A stretch of DNA of 64,000 nucleotides from contig CM039009.1 in the NCBI GenBank assembly GCA_017499595.2, forward strand, positions 2,356,001-2,420,000, written 5' to 3'. Position 1 is the stretch's first letter; the number at the start of each line of letters is the position of its first letter. Under the pieces are notes generated by a model. It had not been told where the DNA came from and did no database searches. It saw only the letters and a program-made list of their open reading frames with translations. Source of the DNA: Psilocybe cubensis (lineage: Eukaryota). The position numbers and the translations under genes are program-made. Below are positions 13,263 through 27,915 of this stretch, one piece after another.

Positions 13263-13930
13263 TTTCGGGTGCAAGTCATGTAGTACCTTGCCTTTACACC
13301 AATGATCATCACCTCCTCAATATATATACAAAAAGCTCTTATTTGGCAAGATCTAAACAGTTCACCAATAGGCCGACCGCATGGTGCTCAAACAGGCACC
13401 ATTTCCATCAACCGATATCAATCAAAAATAATGTTTTCATGCATCTCCGAGTTTCTTGCTGTATTCAGCCTTGGGGAAAAGAACCCAAACCCAAAGCACG
13501 CAGCGGCATATCTATTCATTGATGACTATTACTAAGCTGTGAGCAAGAACATCAGTCCAATTATTTCCCGACTAGAAATGTGCATGAATGCGTAAACCCA
13601 TAGAAGAACGTAATAAGCTTATATTGTGTATAGTTGTCTCGTCTTTAAAGTCAAATAACCTCTCACATGTTGTTATTTTTAACGATTTGCAGACATGACC
13701 TATTCCCATGGTGAGATGCATACCATAAAACGGGTCGTATGACCAGAATATATAGTAGTCCTATACAAATTATGTCTGTTAACATTTCCAATTTCGAACG
13801 TTACATGCAGATGTTAGCAAGCGACGGCGGTTATGGACACCATGTTTCGTAATTGATTTTTTTAAATATAAAGGTGTGAAAAGTTCCTCTATTTACATTG
13901 TAACTCATCCACCAATTTCTTCGGTTAATA

Positions 13931-14439
13931 ATGCGTTTTCCAGCAGCCTTAATGTTACTCTTGTCCTCAGCAAGCTTTGCTTCAGGTATTTTCTTCGTAG
14001 ACGTATCTTTACCGATTCGACAATCATTTTGCATCTTTGTCAGAGAAACCATCTACATGTTGGGGATCCTCCCTTGGTGTCAATGCAAGTTGGGGCCACC
14101 TAACTGATCTGTGAGTCTGATCAACGTTTAATTATATATTAAACTTAATATTAATCTCGTACACTGGCTAGGCAATTCGATGCAATCGACCTCTGTAGCA
14201 AGGTCACAACTCCCCCTTTGGCACTCGTACCGGCAGGGTCTATTGTCTTCGGGTTTCAATCAGCATTATGGATTGGTAACTTTAGCAGCCTCATATCTTG
14301 TGAAAATACCTTCAACCAAATCCTAAATGATTGCTATGGCTCTGCGAATCCCAACATTCCAGTTACCCTTGGAGGAAATAACACAGATGTCGGAGGCGCT
14401 GTTCTGGCAATTTCATTCGGTACCGCTGGACAATTGTAG
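13931..14439 (+). CDS. Small secreted Cys-containing protein, 3 exons
   Basis: Signal peptide MRFPAALMLLLSSASFAS. Spliced frame EKPSTCWGSSLG...LQFDAIDLCSK joins ORF 14218-14439. Confidence 0.7.
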
Positions 14440-14668
14440 AAATTTTGTAACATAGTGGATACGGTGTTATATACGTATTTGAAATCTCTAAATAACGCTA
14501 TGTAACAAGCTATAGTTTCCAAATGACGCACCCATCCTTCTATTGATTCAAGGCTCATGATGTAATATTGTTAGTTAAATTTGGAACATATCCAAAATTG
14601 GACTGTGGTGTGTGAATCGCCTCGCTTTATAAAACCAGAGTCAAAGACATCACTTCACCTTCACTCAC

Positions 14669-17563
14669 ATGTCTTTCATTCCAGATACCGTGTACAATCT
14701 CGTTCATGGAAACGAAACAGTCACAGCCGCCTTGGCCAAAGACCCCACAAGTTCTGTCGACACCATCGCCTGGAAACTGTTCGCGAAGCACCCAAAGAGA
14801 GCTGCAAACATCAAGGTGGGGCAACACCACCCTACACCGAAGGACCTCGATCGCGTGGCAGAGTGTGGAACCTTTATTAGTAGACCAAGTGACCTTTTTC
14901 TCCAGGTAAGCATCGTCCTAAAAGTTGCCGATATACTTTAACTTTCATGTGAACAAGATATACGGCGAGGTATTGCGAACATACGAGTACGATCCGTTGG
15001 CCAATTTGGTCTCTCCGTCCCTTAGCGCCTCCACTGGGGTGATGCCTCTATCCATAATAAGCGTGTAAGGTTTTTTTATCAGCATGTCCTTATCCTTTGT
15101 AATATGCCTCCAGTATACCAGACATTATGCGCCATTACGCAGACTGCATCGTCCGGGCAGAAAAGGAGGTTTTTTTCGCAACAAGTATGTATTACATTTT
15201 ACTACGGACAATGCAAATTACTGAAAATTACCAGATTAGTGAGAATTTCTGTGTCCTCTTAATGGCCTGCATCTTTAGTTGATATTCCAGTTGGGAGGCC
15301 TCAACAGCAGCAACTGTCGTCACAGATGCACTGCGGGAACTATCTCACCGTGCAGGTGCTCGAGGGAATCGAGTTGGTGCGTGTCTAAATATTTAAGCTC
15401 AGCAGTATATTAATTGATTTTTCAGTTGTAAAAATCATGTATGATAGGGGTAACGTGAAACAGGTACGATAAAAATTTATACACCAGAAAATGGGCCTTT
15501 CATTGGAATTGCGGAATGATAGATCTATAACCCTCATCAAATTGTACCTGTAGCAGAATACACTGGTGAGTTCTTTTTGCCTTTCTAACTGCCATCAAAA
15601 ATTCTGATTCCTCTTGCACTTTTTTTTAACAACTTCAGGCGACGCTGTGAAGCTCCCCCATCCCGATGAGATTCCTCACATAGATTTAGAAGTATGTAAT
15701 TACCATCAACCTCTTCTCGGTGAGTATTTTGTGTTCCTCCAGGTCGCTGAGTAATATATTCATACAGCCTTTGGACTCAAGGCACATTTCACGCTAAATA
15801 TATGGTGGTATGTCTCTGGATTCTCGCTGATAGAAACTACCCACAGCTATTGACACAGGTCGATCGGAAAATAGCAATAATAAACAGTAATAACACACAG
15901 GACAGGTATGCTGCTTTGCATCGCGTTAAATCTACATACTGATCCAGAGAAGGGTCAACATGGAGATGATGTCACATATTGAGGTAAGCTATACGTTGCC
16001 ATGAAGGCACTAGACGTCGATCAAAGTTCAACTCAGGGGCCCATTGTCGAAGCATTCTATGACATGGCCTTAATGTCCTGGAGCACCGTTATGAAACCGC
16101 CATTGCCGCTCCTTACTATCCCCCCTGTGAAACCCAATGTGTACAAATTCCGGAACGATCATCCTCATGTCGCAGCCAAGGACACCGAAGTGGCAAAGCT
16201 GAATGCCCGAGATACGCTCAGAACGCATGAGTTTCCCGACTCCATGAAGCATATCAGTCAACAGGACTTGTATGATGCTGACGACGCCGCCGAGAAGCAG
16301 CATAACGAAGAAGGGTTACATGAAGGGGCGTGGCGTACGAGGTTGTCTAAAATAACGAAACATTTGAGTGGGTGTCATTTGACAACTTTTTCCGACAAAG
16401 AAATCAGGGCATTGACTTATTGTCAGATACAACCCTCCAGCCTGACACCCAGGCTACCTTACCTGAAGGAGTTGACTTGGAAGATTTCACGCCTCATATC
16501 ATCCATGCTCCACACGACCCCTTTCCAATTGCTATGGTCAACCGAAGGCCTCGGGGTGCAATCGAATACACTGACGTGAATAACCCCCAGGATATAGCCT
16601 GGTTGGCAGGATTCCATTATGCTAAACAAAAGGTTTTTATGTGAGTTTTTGAACGTTATTGGTAGGCGAACAAGCATCACGCTGATGTTGCCTCCGAATT
16701 CCAAGTCAAACGCCTACATTCAATGCCGCAGCAGTAGTAGAGGCTACTCTCGCTGCCGTCCGAAGAGGTATCGAAGTCATTTTGTATATCAACCTGGGAT
16801 ATAACGACGGTGTGAGTATTATATTGGCAAGGGCAGCTAACACTTACCGGTTTCGGAACCACCAGGGCGAATCCTTACCATTTCAAGGTGGAACTAACGA
16901 GGTCGTCGTAGCGAAGATGTACACGGAATTGGAAGAGAAAGAAAAAGACTTACTGAAAGTGTACTGGTACACAGGTCGGTTCTAGCCTTAATGAATAGTA
17001 GACTATAACCTCTTACAGTACAATTTATACTAGCGAAAGACATGTGTCGACCCGTCAACGCTAGGAAAAAGCAGAGAAACTGCCATATAAAGCTTATGAT
17101 TGTGGACGACCATGTCGGGATCATGGGAAACGGGAACCAGGGTGCGTTGTCGCTATATTTTTTGAAAATTAATTGCTGAGAACGTCTTGAAGATTCTCAG
17201 TCTTGGTACCACTCACAAGAAGCAAATATCCTTATTGATTCCGCTGATGTGTGCAAAGAGTGGGCAGATGGCATCAGAGGTAGATTTGAATTCACTTATT
17301 GACAAAAGAAATTATACTGACGTGCTTATGCAGCTAACCAGAACACGCACATATACGGTCGTGTTGATAAAGATGGTATATGGAGAGATCCTAAAGATGG
17401 TAGCGTTCTTGAAGACATGGGAACTACGAAGGGTGGATCGATAGGCGCTGTAGCTAAAGGTCTGGTAGACGCCGTTAAACGAGTCCAGTAAGCCGTTTGG
17501 TAGCCACATTCATCGGATGATTATACACTAATTACACTTTGTAGGGGAAAAGGAGGCTTTTAA
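14669..17563 (+). CDS. Phospholipase D/nuclease superfamily protein with two HKD motifs, intron-rich
   Basis: Spliced HKD motifs GTFHAKYMVVDRKIAIINSNN(TQDR) and CHIKLMIVDDHVGIMGNGNQD. C-terminus VKRVQGKGGF*. Confidence 0.88.
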
Positions 17564-18334
17564 GCGGTGCTTACGAGCTGAGGCAAACGTTTATGAGGGT
17601 GTTAGAGTGTTTAAGAGCTTGTAATTTGTCAAATGAGGTTTGCTATTGCATTAGGAGATTGAAGAATTAGTCCAACATCAATGTAATCAACGAATTTCGG
17701 CTTCTGACCTTGTTCTCGGATCCATGGACTGTGGTATTTGATATGTTGACCATGACGTGGTTGGACATGAGCAGACAGCTGTATTTAATTAACAACAGCT
17801 CTATCACGTCAGATGTTTATCAAACCGTCGGACACACTTCCTGACTGCTTGCGAGGAATTTCAAAGGAAACCCAAAGTAATAGAAAACAATGAGAATAGG
17901 AAAATTTCATATTAAATACCTCCCGAGGGTCGAAGTTCATTTTGTTTAAAAATTCTTTGGGAATTTCTTGCCAGCATAACGATACACTCTTCCATGAATT
18001 GCCAAGGAGCTTCAACGTCAAAGAGCCTCTCATAGCATGACAAATGTGTTAACTTTTATCATTATCACTCTATATGTGTGACTGTACCGAGGCACATTGC
18101 CCATCTGACACGAGCCCGATGCTAAACTCGCGGTAGGACACCTGAACCCCAGATATCTCTACGGGAACATTCCAGGGACAATACATTGGTATTGTACAGG
18201 AAAACCGGGTTTACGGTGGTTCTCGAGCCTTGAGGATTATAAAAAGTGCGGTTCTGTTTGGTTCCTCTTTCTATTCCTCTGTATCGACAGCTCAGAATTA
18301 GTGTTCATTCTAGACGAACTTTTTATTCAACACT

Positions 18335-18836
18335 ATGCTTTCTGCTGTCTCGCTGATCTTAACCATCCCTATTCTTGCTGCCGCCAGTGGGATACCCCGC
18401 CAGGCAAATCAATGTAACACCGGCATTCCGCTTTGTTGTAATCAAGTTGTAGACGTTAGTTGTGCCAGCATCCATCTTCCTGATATGTTTGATCCCGAGA
18501 AATGATACAACAGGCAAACAGTAGCATCGGTGCCTCAATCCTGACGATCTTTCACATTGTTCCAGGCTCCGTCACTGGATCAATCGGATGTGAGTGAGCT
18601 ATCATTCTCCCGCTTGACCAGATAGTCTGACCCGCCTGCAAACGAAGTGACATGTACACCAATATCAAACCCTGGGGTCGGTGGTAACAGTTGTTCTGCC
18701 CAACCCGTATGCTGCACGGATAATTCGCATGTTAGTCAAATGAGAATGAATAAATGTTCGTTAATACTGACATATCAACGTCTACCAGAACGGTGTTATA
18801 GCATTGGGATGCACACCCATCAATCTTAATCTCTAA
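18335..18836 (+). CDS. Class I hydrophobin, spliced
   Basis: Signal peptide and the 8-Cys pattern: QCNTGIPLCCNQV...TCTPI...[30 protein letters not shown]. Confidence 0.95.
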
Positions 18837-19094
18837 TTGTAGAAACACAATACAGTCAATGATGGTCAGCTGTAGGCGATTGTAGCGAGAACAGGCTTGT
18901 TATGGGGTGATTCACAGTCCAGTCATGCAAATAATATAAGAGTCTATTCATCCGCGAGCTCACCGTTTCAATTAAGCGGAAGTTAGAATTGAAAAGATTG
19001 GAGGCCATAGAAGTTCATAGGCTCTTATTCCATAGACACCACGATGTCACAACAACTTGATGCACACTGTCCATACCTTGTCGATGAGGGCCCT

Positions 19095-21504
19095 TTACGT
19101 CCTAAGTCCATCTAGAAAACCCTCCAAGATCGCACAGACACCCCATGCGCCAGGATCTGGAGGCAATTCCACAGCACCAGCTGAGGTAGATGTTGAAGAA
19201 CTTGCAGAAGCAACGTATGCTGCTCGTCCCAAATGAGCAGCCATCCCCCTAGTCTTCTCAGCTCCTATACGCGCCTGCTTTGTTGCTTCCACTAGCATAG
19301 CTATCAAGCTTTTCCATGTGTTGTCCTTGCTGTTAGTATCTTCCACGGTCGCACTGGAGTCATTTGCTCCAGCAACGATGGTATGTGCCATGGTCGCACA
19401 GAACGGGCCCAAAGCATCGACGATTGTGCGATCTCCTACCTCAGCTGGTGTGTATCGTGATAAAGTGTCCTTGGCGTATTGCAACGCGTACCCCCATCGA
19501 ACCTCCGAGTTTGGATGTTCTACACGGTCTTGCGTCACTGACACAGCAAGAGCCTGGAGAAAAATAGCAAGCACTGCGATGTTACGCCAGAGGACAGGTA
19601 AACGTGCATACTTATTTGTTCCCGAGGTGAATGAGAAAAACTCACAAGCACCAATGGTCCCTCCCATCACATCTTCTATAATTTCAGCAATTCCATAGAT
19701 GACCGAATCCATATATTTCTGGATCTTGAGTGAACCATTGTCGAGAGCGTTCATGATAGCTTGATTGGTGATAACATAAACATATGAGCAGGCCGACTTT
19801 CAAAGGTAGGGGTACTCGGAGAAATATATGATACCGTACTCACCGAGTGCACCAGCCTTGAACGTGTCCCCACAGTCACCATCACCGACAACGGTATCGA
19901 ATTCCGTCAGCTGTTCGTGGATCTCTATGACCCTCAAACAAGCGCCCCGTATCGCATTCTGAATCCTATCATTTCTTCCAGCAGGACTCTCCTCGATATC
20001 GACGACATCTGTAGGGCGAATGGGTATACTAGAGTCATTAGTGCTCGATAAATTTGTCGTAGATCCCAAATGATCAGAATGGGAGGTCCCCAAACCGTCA
20101 GTCCCATGCGCTGGCCAACTGTTACGAGCCCCCACCCACGCGTATGCATCGGTTGGCATGTCAAGTAGTTCTTCGACGGTAATTTCGCTCTCCTCTGACG
20201 AAATCCGACCGCCAAGATTCGATCGAAAGGCGTTTGAAGTACCGGGAAGGTTGAGGATGGAGATAGAAAACCCGGGAGCGTTAAGCGAAGTCATATACGA
20301 CGAACAGTACAGTCTTTTCGGTCGAATTGAATATAGTGCTATAAAGTTCAGTACAAGGTAACTAGAGAAAGGGGCTGACGTGCTCACCAAGTCTTTGGAG
20401 GACATCATCCACCACAGCACCCATCTCTAACTGCGACATCCCACCAAGGTTGTTGATGAAAAGCACAGTTCCTTCTTTACACTCTGCCTGTAACTTCATT
20501 TCGTCAGTTCCTTTCATGATTCCACCCTCCTTTCCCCGTGCTCCCGACCGGAACAGCATCTCGAACATCTCCCCTATCAATTCTGCCGGTGACCCTATCT
20601 CCCTCCTACGTACTCCGGGTTCATTGTGTAGCCCTAATCCGACTTCGCATTCCCCCTTTCCCAGGGCGCGATTTTTCTCGGTTAAATGTCCTGGGACATG
20701 ACAATGCTCCAGTCCGACTCCGATACTGTATAAATTTCCAACCACTGCATCCCCCATGGCTTTCACAACATCAAGAGACGCACCACGCTCAGCTAAAGCA
20801 CCGAGAATCTTGCAGACGAGGATATTAGCACCGAGTCCGCGAGGCCCGACAAGCTTGTTCGTTGTGCCAGAACCACTATCCTGAAGGGCGTGTTGACGGT
20901 TTTGAGGGAGAAGGGAGACGTCATCTGCCACAACGACGCTTTCAATTCTCGTTCCCGGCATGGTGCCGCGGGCCTTTTCGATTGCCAGTCCGAAATTGAG
21001 AATATCTCCAGTATAATTGTTGATGATTGCGAGGACGTCCAGCTGAGGTTTCAAGCTCCCTTCAGGGGCGGAACTATCTGATAGATCTTTGGCGGGAGGC
21101 TTTTGGGATTGGGGGAAAGAGTTTGGAGAAGACGCGAGTCCAATTCCTTTCAAAATCTGCTTTGCACTGGGACTGGCAAAGATGTCGCCTGCGATGCATG
21201 CAGCCAGCATGCCCTTGCCGGTGTAGCCAGCATGTGCAGGCTCATGACCGGATCCACCACCTGATATAACTGCAACTTGCTTGTGAGGAGAATGGATAGG
21301 GGTATACACTGTTTTCGAAGGTTCGTGACTGGATTAAATGAGTATTAAATCACATTCTGGTTATTGCGTCGGGGAACGGCACACACACACAGGCACGGTA
21401 TCGTTATGTACTTACAGGATTACGTTTGGGTTCAGAGCTACAGCACCGCGCAGAGACTTGAGGACGAGGCCTTCAGCGGAATTGTATAGATGTTTCGTGT
21501 TCAT
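19095..21504 (-). CDS. DAK1: Dihydroxyacetone kinase (Dak1 + Dak2 domains), spliced
   Basis: Motifs ISGGGSGHEPAHAG, GDIFASPS, NNYTGDILNFG, GLHNEPG, DTVVGDGDCG, GDRTIVDAL, GRAAYV and PDPGAWG. Confidence 0.95.
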
Positions 21505-23741
21505 GGTTGGAAGTGGATGAAGTTTGGCGTTTGCAGAGGCCTTTATGGCTTTCCTCGTGGGTATGAGAGTGAAGAAAGAGCTCCTGAGATGGAGGAAGAA
21601 AGGTATGTAGTCATAGGACGCAAGGATGGGAGAATAGACCTTACCCCATGACCAATCCTATGTTTTATATATGTCGTCCTAATTTTAGGACTAGCCAAGA
21701 TGACGATGCATTTCTGAATAGGCCAGTATCTGCTAATGATCGTCTGGACAGAGGATCAATGAATTTGTTGAGCGAGGTTGGCCAAACGTGTAGGCTACTA
21801 CTTATAGGAGAAGATGTACTTTATCCAGGACGATTGGGTACTGGAGAGGTTTGGTCAAGTCGGATAGGTAGCGAGTTATAAATAAGAGAATAGTGGACTG
21901 ACAATTTCATGGATGATAAGTGTGGCTCGCCGGTCGAAATCATACACGCTCTCCCTTCGTCCCTGGTTTAGCTTTCCGCAGGGTACGGTAAATGGCAGGG
22001 AGAAAGGCGTGCCTGACATATTTGTCGACCACTGTTGTAAGACTTGTTTGAGTGACGTCGTACCAAGGTCAACGCAGAAATAATTGACGACACGTGCAGA
22101 GGTCGAGAGGACAATGTATATCTTAGATGGCTTCATTATGATCAAATCGATGTCTACAAGTTACAGGATCGACTGTGCTTGAAGAAATGGTAAGCACTAC
22201 TAGCAGTCATTCATAGCCACTCACCTATACCGTACAAAATCTCTACAACCACCCTACGTTGTCCCATGAGGGTAGATCGACACGTATATGAATACCTTTC
22301 GACTCAGCACGAGCCTCTCCTTTCATGTTCGTTATCCCGACGCGTTCCCGGGTCTCTGAGATGCAGATGAGCCTCAGGACGGATACACAGCGTCGCTGCT
22401 ATGCATTATTATTATGGAATTGTACTCACCTAGTATGATCTGTCAACACACTAATCCGACTCGAGTCGAGCAACGTTAATCAGGTTTCTCCAGACTGCTC
22501 CCAGAATAACATATCTCTCGCAAAGTGCACTCCAGGACGATAGGATAATTCAAGTTTGTTGGCGAAAAAAAGTAGCACCGACATTTCCCGGCCTCTTTCG
22601 ACCACGTGATATGTGCAAAATTCAGGTTAGGTTAAGGTTAGGTTTAAGTTTGCTTATCCCAAACGTAGAGTCCTTGCTATTCCTCAACCGTTTGCGCTAT
22701 GGATTCAAAATTTGTGTTTTGAGGAGTGTATACACTGTACTAACAATGTAGAAGATTTGAAGACAGTCGAGTGAGTGTGCATATTGGAATTTATGAGTTT
22801 TACACATATTTGAATCTCCATGATCGTGATAGTCTAAGTATTAGTACTCACTGGAGAATTAGCATTGCACTGCGGTTGAACGCACATACAATTTACCTTG
22901 CCGTGTGGACGAGGGAAGCGAATGATGTGAGTGGATGTGCGGGATGTGGTCGTCACGATTGGTCGCTTTACTCAAAGTTACATATTATAAATTTACAATC
23001 CCCATCAGAAAATAACGTTCTAAAGTCCAAGAAAATTGATGAAGTTCGTTATTTCCGCGCTCCATCACACCGACTTACTAGGTCGGTGGTTCGAGCCGTG
23101 GTAGTACCTTGCGCGTCCTCCAGCATTCGCGTATGTCTCCTTAGCCTCCGTTAAGAGGTGAGATGTCTTTGCCGTACGTGTGTACCAGATGAGTAGCATG
23201 TGCACTTGCTCCGACTCGTCATAAAGAAGGGGGGATCAATCAGGTGAAACCCAAAATAGTCTACCGAGGTCGATAAATCATAAAGTTTCCTCCTCGTCAT
23301 GATGGTTCTCGCTGAGATAATAGGAAAATATGATCGAACCATATTTCCATCTCCAATGCGGCCTTTGAGCGAAAGTGGTCCTATCAAGGCATATTTTCAT
23401 ATATACGTTGTACGGCTTGGGGAAGGCTCATATACTAGCCATTAAACGAGATTTGCTACTTCTGCACACCTTGTTCGCTCAGGTACACACGCTGAAAGTA
23501 CATACGGTTAATAGAGAGACGACATTTTAATGAGTTTAAGAATACGTGAATCTATTTTAAGATACTATCCCAGGAAACTTCAATGATAACGCACCGCCTC
23601 AAAACCTGATTTCTGATGAGCATATCAAAAGTGCCGGTGCATTAGCTCATATAAGATAGCTCTTAACAAGTTAGACTATTCCTATATCTTAAGGAACGCC
23701 TCTGAATATTTGCTCGACCAACTTTAGTATTATCTGCCACC

Positions 23742-25587
23742 ATGTCTATTATCACATCGATCTTGACACACACCGTCGGCGCTTACACCGTTGGGACTTT
23801 TGTTTCTGCAATGTAAGTGCTATGTTTGTGCAGGTCACCCTTGTCTGATTTAATTTCTATAGACTCCTTGGAGTTACTTGCTCCCAGGTACAGCTCATAT
23901 TCATTTTCTCCTGAAAGCATTGAATAATTACCTGATGACTTCGGGGAAAGGCATGGTACTACTTTAACACATACACCGACCCCCCGATTGTTCGATACAC
24001 TGTAAGCATGTTGAATATGTTTGTTTTCTATCTAACCAATTACGCGAATGCATACCGTTAGGTTGGAGCCCTCGTGTTAGTATCACAATTTTCATCAATT
24101 AAGCGTCCTGTTTACCCGTTTTATATGCCTAGAGTATGTGAGATGCTGCATGTCGCTGTCAGCATTCATGCTCTGTACTTTTACTTGGTAATAAACTACC
24201 TGAATCCGGTGGCCCTGCTTAAGAGTGTCTGGTGAGTCATTCTCTCTTGAATATTCAAGGCCTGAGATCACTAAAACTGTTGTGGATTTATTAGGTCGAT
24301 TAATGTAAGATTTGGACAGCTGAACGGAACCTACAGCTTGATAACAAGTTTCTTTGATTAGGTTATCTTTGGTATTATTGTATGTCGCATTTGAAAGCAA
24401 CTTCTTGTGGCTGACATAAATATTTCTAGGGTGTAAGCGTCTTGCTCGTACATCTGAATTATGCGATGAGAATATACCATGGTAGTATTGCCTGTTATAA
24501 AAAAGCTATATTAGACGAAGCTAATGCATATTGACGCCCAAATTAGTGAGCGGGAGGAAGAAACTAATCCCTTTTGCTATCGTGAGTCTAGAATGTGATG
24601 ATATGATCTACGGTAATATTCATACACTCTTCCTCTTAGGTTGTGGTGTCCTCTGCTCACTGCGGTAGGTATTTAAAGTATATATACATGTGAAAAATTC
24701 TTAAACCTTTCATAGTCCTTGGGTGGTGTACGTCGTTGTGTTTATACTGGGACACGCTGTTTACTTAAATTCAACACTCAAGTCCTCGTTGCCGTCCTGT
24801 ACTGATCTTTTTAAACCAGTTGAGATATATTTGATAACCTTGTTTTAGATTCCGACAGCCACTTGTATCTCAGCTACCAGGGCTGCCAGAGGTGAAAGTT
24901 AATTTATTATGTTGATGCATACTTACTTTCTTGAACATTTTTATTGGTAGTCCATTGCGAAGGCAGTTCTATCTTCAGCCGTTGCTATTGACCTGGTGAT
25001 AGCTTTCACTCTGAGCTACTACCTCAACGCTGGTCGATCTGGATTGGTCCAGTAGGAATATTTTTTCCATGACGTATCTCTCTGGTTCTCATTGCATTAG
25101 GACTGACAAATTGATAAACCGCTTAATGGTTATTACAATTAACAATGGAATGCTAACAAGGTGTGCCTATCGCTTTCCATATGCAGAAGGAAATTCTCGC
25201 TAAACTTAACTCAGTCTTCTTGATATCGTCACATTGATATTGGTGCGTTCTTAACTATTTCAGTATCAAATATAAATCAAATACACTGAATGTCTTATTT
25301 GCTACCCCTAGGTGTTTACACACCCAAATGACCTTCTTTTCTTTGCCGTATCTCAAGTTCTAGCAACAGGTGTGTTTGATGCTGTAATTATTTCTCAAAC
25401 GTGCTGCATCTGATGGTCTGAATCATGGCCAGTTTACAGCAATTCTCTTCTAGCCACATTAAATTCTCGTAAGAGAGCGAGTTCTGCACTTCGGCAGCCA
25501 ACAGAAGTCCGGTCCCCTAATGTGGCGTCTTTTAATTTCGCACCAACCTTTCCCAGTACCATATCTCGAAATGACAGTGAAGCTTAG
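23742..25587 (+). CDS. DUF6534-type multi-pass membrane protein, many micro-exons
   Basis: Starts MSIITSILTHTVGAYTVGTFVSA. Later exons give LGVTCSQ, AWYYFNTY, DLVIAFTLSYYL, TDKLINRLMVITINNGMLT and the family-typical VYSNSLLATLNSR. Confidence 0.8.
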
Positions 25588-25671
25588 TAATTTAAATCTG
25601 TAGCTCTTATCAGCAGCGAGGACCCAAACTGAAGTTTAGTAATTTAAATCTGTAGATCTTATCAGCAGCAA
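25578..25671 (+). repeat. About 52-bp-period tandem duplication overlapping the DUF6534 gene stop codon
   Basis: tgaagcttagtaatttaaatctgtagctcttatcagcagcgag is followed by tgaagtttagtaatttaaatctgtagatcttatcagcagcaag. Confidence 0.85.
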
Positions 25672-26813
25672 GCCAAAGTCACAGAGATTCAAATATTTCG
25701 TCACACCCATTTCAAGCTCAAACGGCACACGTACGATCAGAACTAACACGTCGGGGATTTCCGAATATAAGACGCACTTTTATGTAGAAACCCAATGTTA
25801 GTCGTGAATATTGAATACCGTACAAAGATGGATGAATTTCTTTTCCTTAAACTGTGAATAAATGTGTATGAATATTTCTTATGCCACATACGGGATCAAA
25901 CTGTAAGAAAATATGCAAGAAATGCTTGACCAACATGTAAGATTAACTTTTATCTATTTGTCTATGTCGAGTGGCAGAATCGCTGCAAAATAATTTTTCA
26001 TTTGGGCAAAAAGTTTATCATACATGGATATTTACAGGTAAAATAAAAAAAAAAGTTGAAGAAATTCCTACAGATTAACTAGAAATCAACATGGAGGAAA
26101 ATCTTACGATCAATGTTTGACGACATAAATAAAGACAACATTTGTACAAACATATCACTCGGTACCTGCCTTATCTAGAAAAGAGACGAGATACACTAGA
26201 CTCGCTAGCCAGTCGGTCTGAGCTACTGATGCCTTTGTTTGCGCATTGTTGTGGTTGTGTTTGGTCGGCAAATATCACGCGGACTTTAATCGGACCTCCA
26301 AATGCAGTGTGGAAAAAGTGATTAGTCAGAAATGGCGAGTAGCATTTTCGCCACCCCACAAAAGCTGGAGTAACAATTTTTGGAAGACACATTGAGGTAA
26401 AACTCAACCTCGAGGCAAAATGGAAACATTGAATCTGACAGTTATAGAACAAGGCAAACGAACAACGTGTGGATGGAAGCCGTATAGCTCCTGCGCTAGC
26501 CTCCAGTTCACTTCTACTCGGAAAGTGTGGTGTATGAATTTGTATTCGATCTCTATCATTCTCAGGGTCAAAAATTGGAACGGACCAAACGACAAACAAC
26601 TTTGAGGAGATATTCATTTGCGCTTAAAACTTCCACCAAGACCGAAATCTATAAAGGACAGACTTATAACAACTTTTCAAATAACTCCAGGCATTCATAG
26701 CGTCCCTCATAGCTTGTATATTCTCTGACATTGCATTCTTATACACTCCAGGTATTATTTCGCATCATAGAGTTGCCATTAGACCTTGCTAAGCAGCCTC
26801 TCATACGTCAGAA

Positions 26814-27760
26814 ATGTATCCAAGACGGTTCCGCTTCACTTCCAACAATCTTGGTCGAGACGTCACTCTTGCACTTATGTTCGATTCTCCAGCAGGAGGT
26901 TCCTTGGACCAAAAGTTCTTCCCTGTTTGCTGGAGTACGTATGGCTACACTATCAGGTTGCGCAGTCAGTTACTCACATTTTTATTAGAGGTTCTTACAT
27001 TTGCGGCCCATGGTATTTCCTCTGCAGCCTTTGAATACGAGGGTCGCACTGGCTTTTTTGAGGCAGAGGTGTGCTCAACCGCACTCCAACGTGATCAATC
27101 ACTTCAACCCTATCCTCTAGATATCTGACAGACACGTCATTCCTCAGAGAGCAGCCTCATGCGAGGTACACCATTTTTATATCATTATATTCTTTCATAT
27201 TTAATGTGCATCGATAGCCTGGACAACGCGTCATCATAACCAATGAACATGACATAGTTGTCGGCAGCGGCGTCCCAGGAGTCATTCAGTGCGTTAACCA
27301 AACAGATGCTCCCATCCACATAGGCGTTGTAAATATTGGTTTAGTATGCACTCTAGTAGAGCGCTGACTGGAGCTATGCAGGGATTGTTTTCGGACGGGG
27401 GGAGTCGTCATGTTCAGCCTATATACCTTTGGAGGGATATACAGTGGGTTATATCACAGTATTCCTTTCCCGAACATATTACTGACCTTGACAAGAGTCC
27501 GCACAACCGTTTCTGTCGAGTTTACCCCTATACTCAGTATATATGCAACCAGAGACTACGGAGGTAAGACTTGATTTTGAGCGTCCTTGATTCTCAGTAG
27601 CTGACACCAAGCTTTCGCAGAAAGGGAGATGATCAAGCTTCCCATCGAATTGCCAGTTATTTACAAGCAAAACATATTGGACTTGGACTCCAGGGAAATT
27701 GAGTACACTGTATCTTTCAACCATGCCACTGGTCTGGTAGAAATATCGAGAGAGAATTAG
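26814..27760 (+). CDS. Uncharacterised family X, paralog 1 (spliced)
   Basis: MYPRRFRFTSNNLGRDVTLALMFDSPAGGSLDQKFFPVCW|RVLTFAAHG...YEGRTGFF...VEFTPILSIYATRDY...IYKQNILDL...GLVEISREN*. Confidence 0.8.
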
Positions 27761-27915
27761 ATTAGATAGGTGATAGCGCTTGGCAATTTTGATGACCTAA
27801 CACCACAAACCAATCAAGAGATCGCAATCGATGTCATTAACCCTTCAAAGTCGAGCGCGCTGATAATGATAGCATGTCCATTTCACTGAATAGCGCCGAA
27901 TTCCGAGATTTTACA

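Noticed and set aside
22624-22650. ggtta-like short repeats resembling telomeric sequence
   Set aside because: Only a few degenerate units, and they are not TTAGGG.
26171-26617. 148-aa ORF sharing a short MCLPK word with sequence near 44590
   Set aside because: The similarity is too short to distinguish from chance, and there is no consistent gene model.
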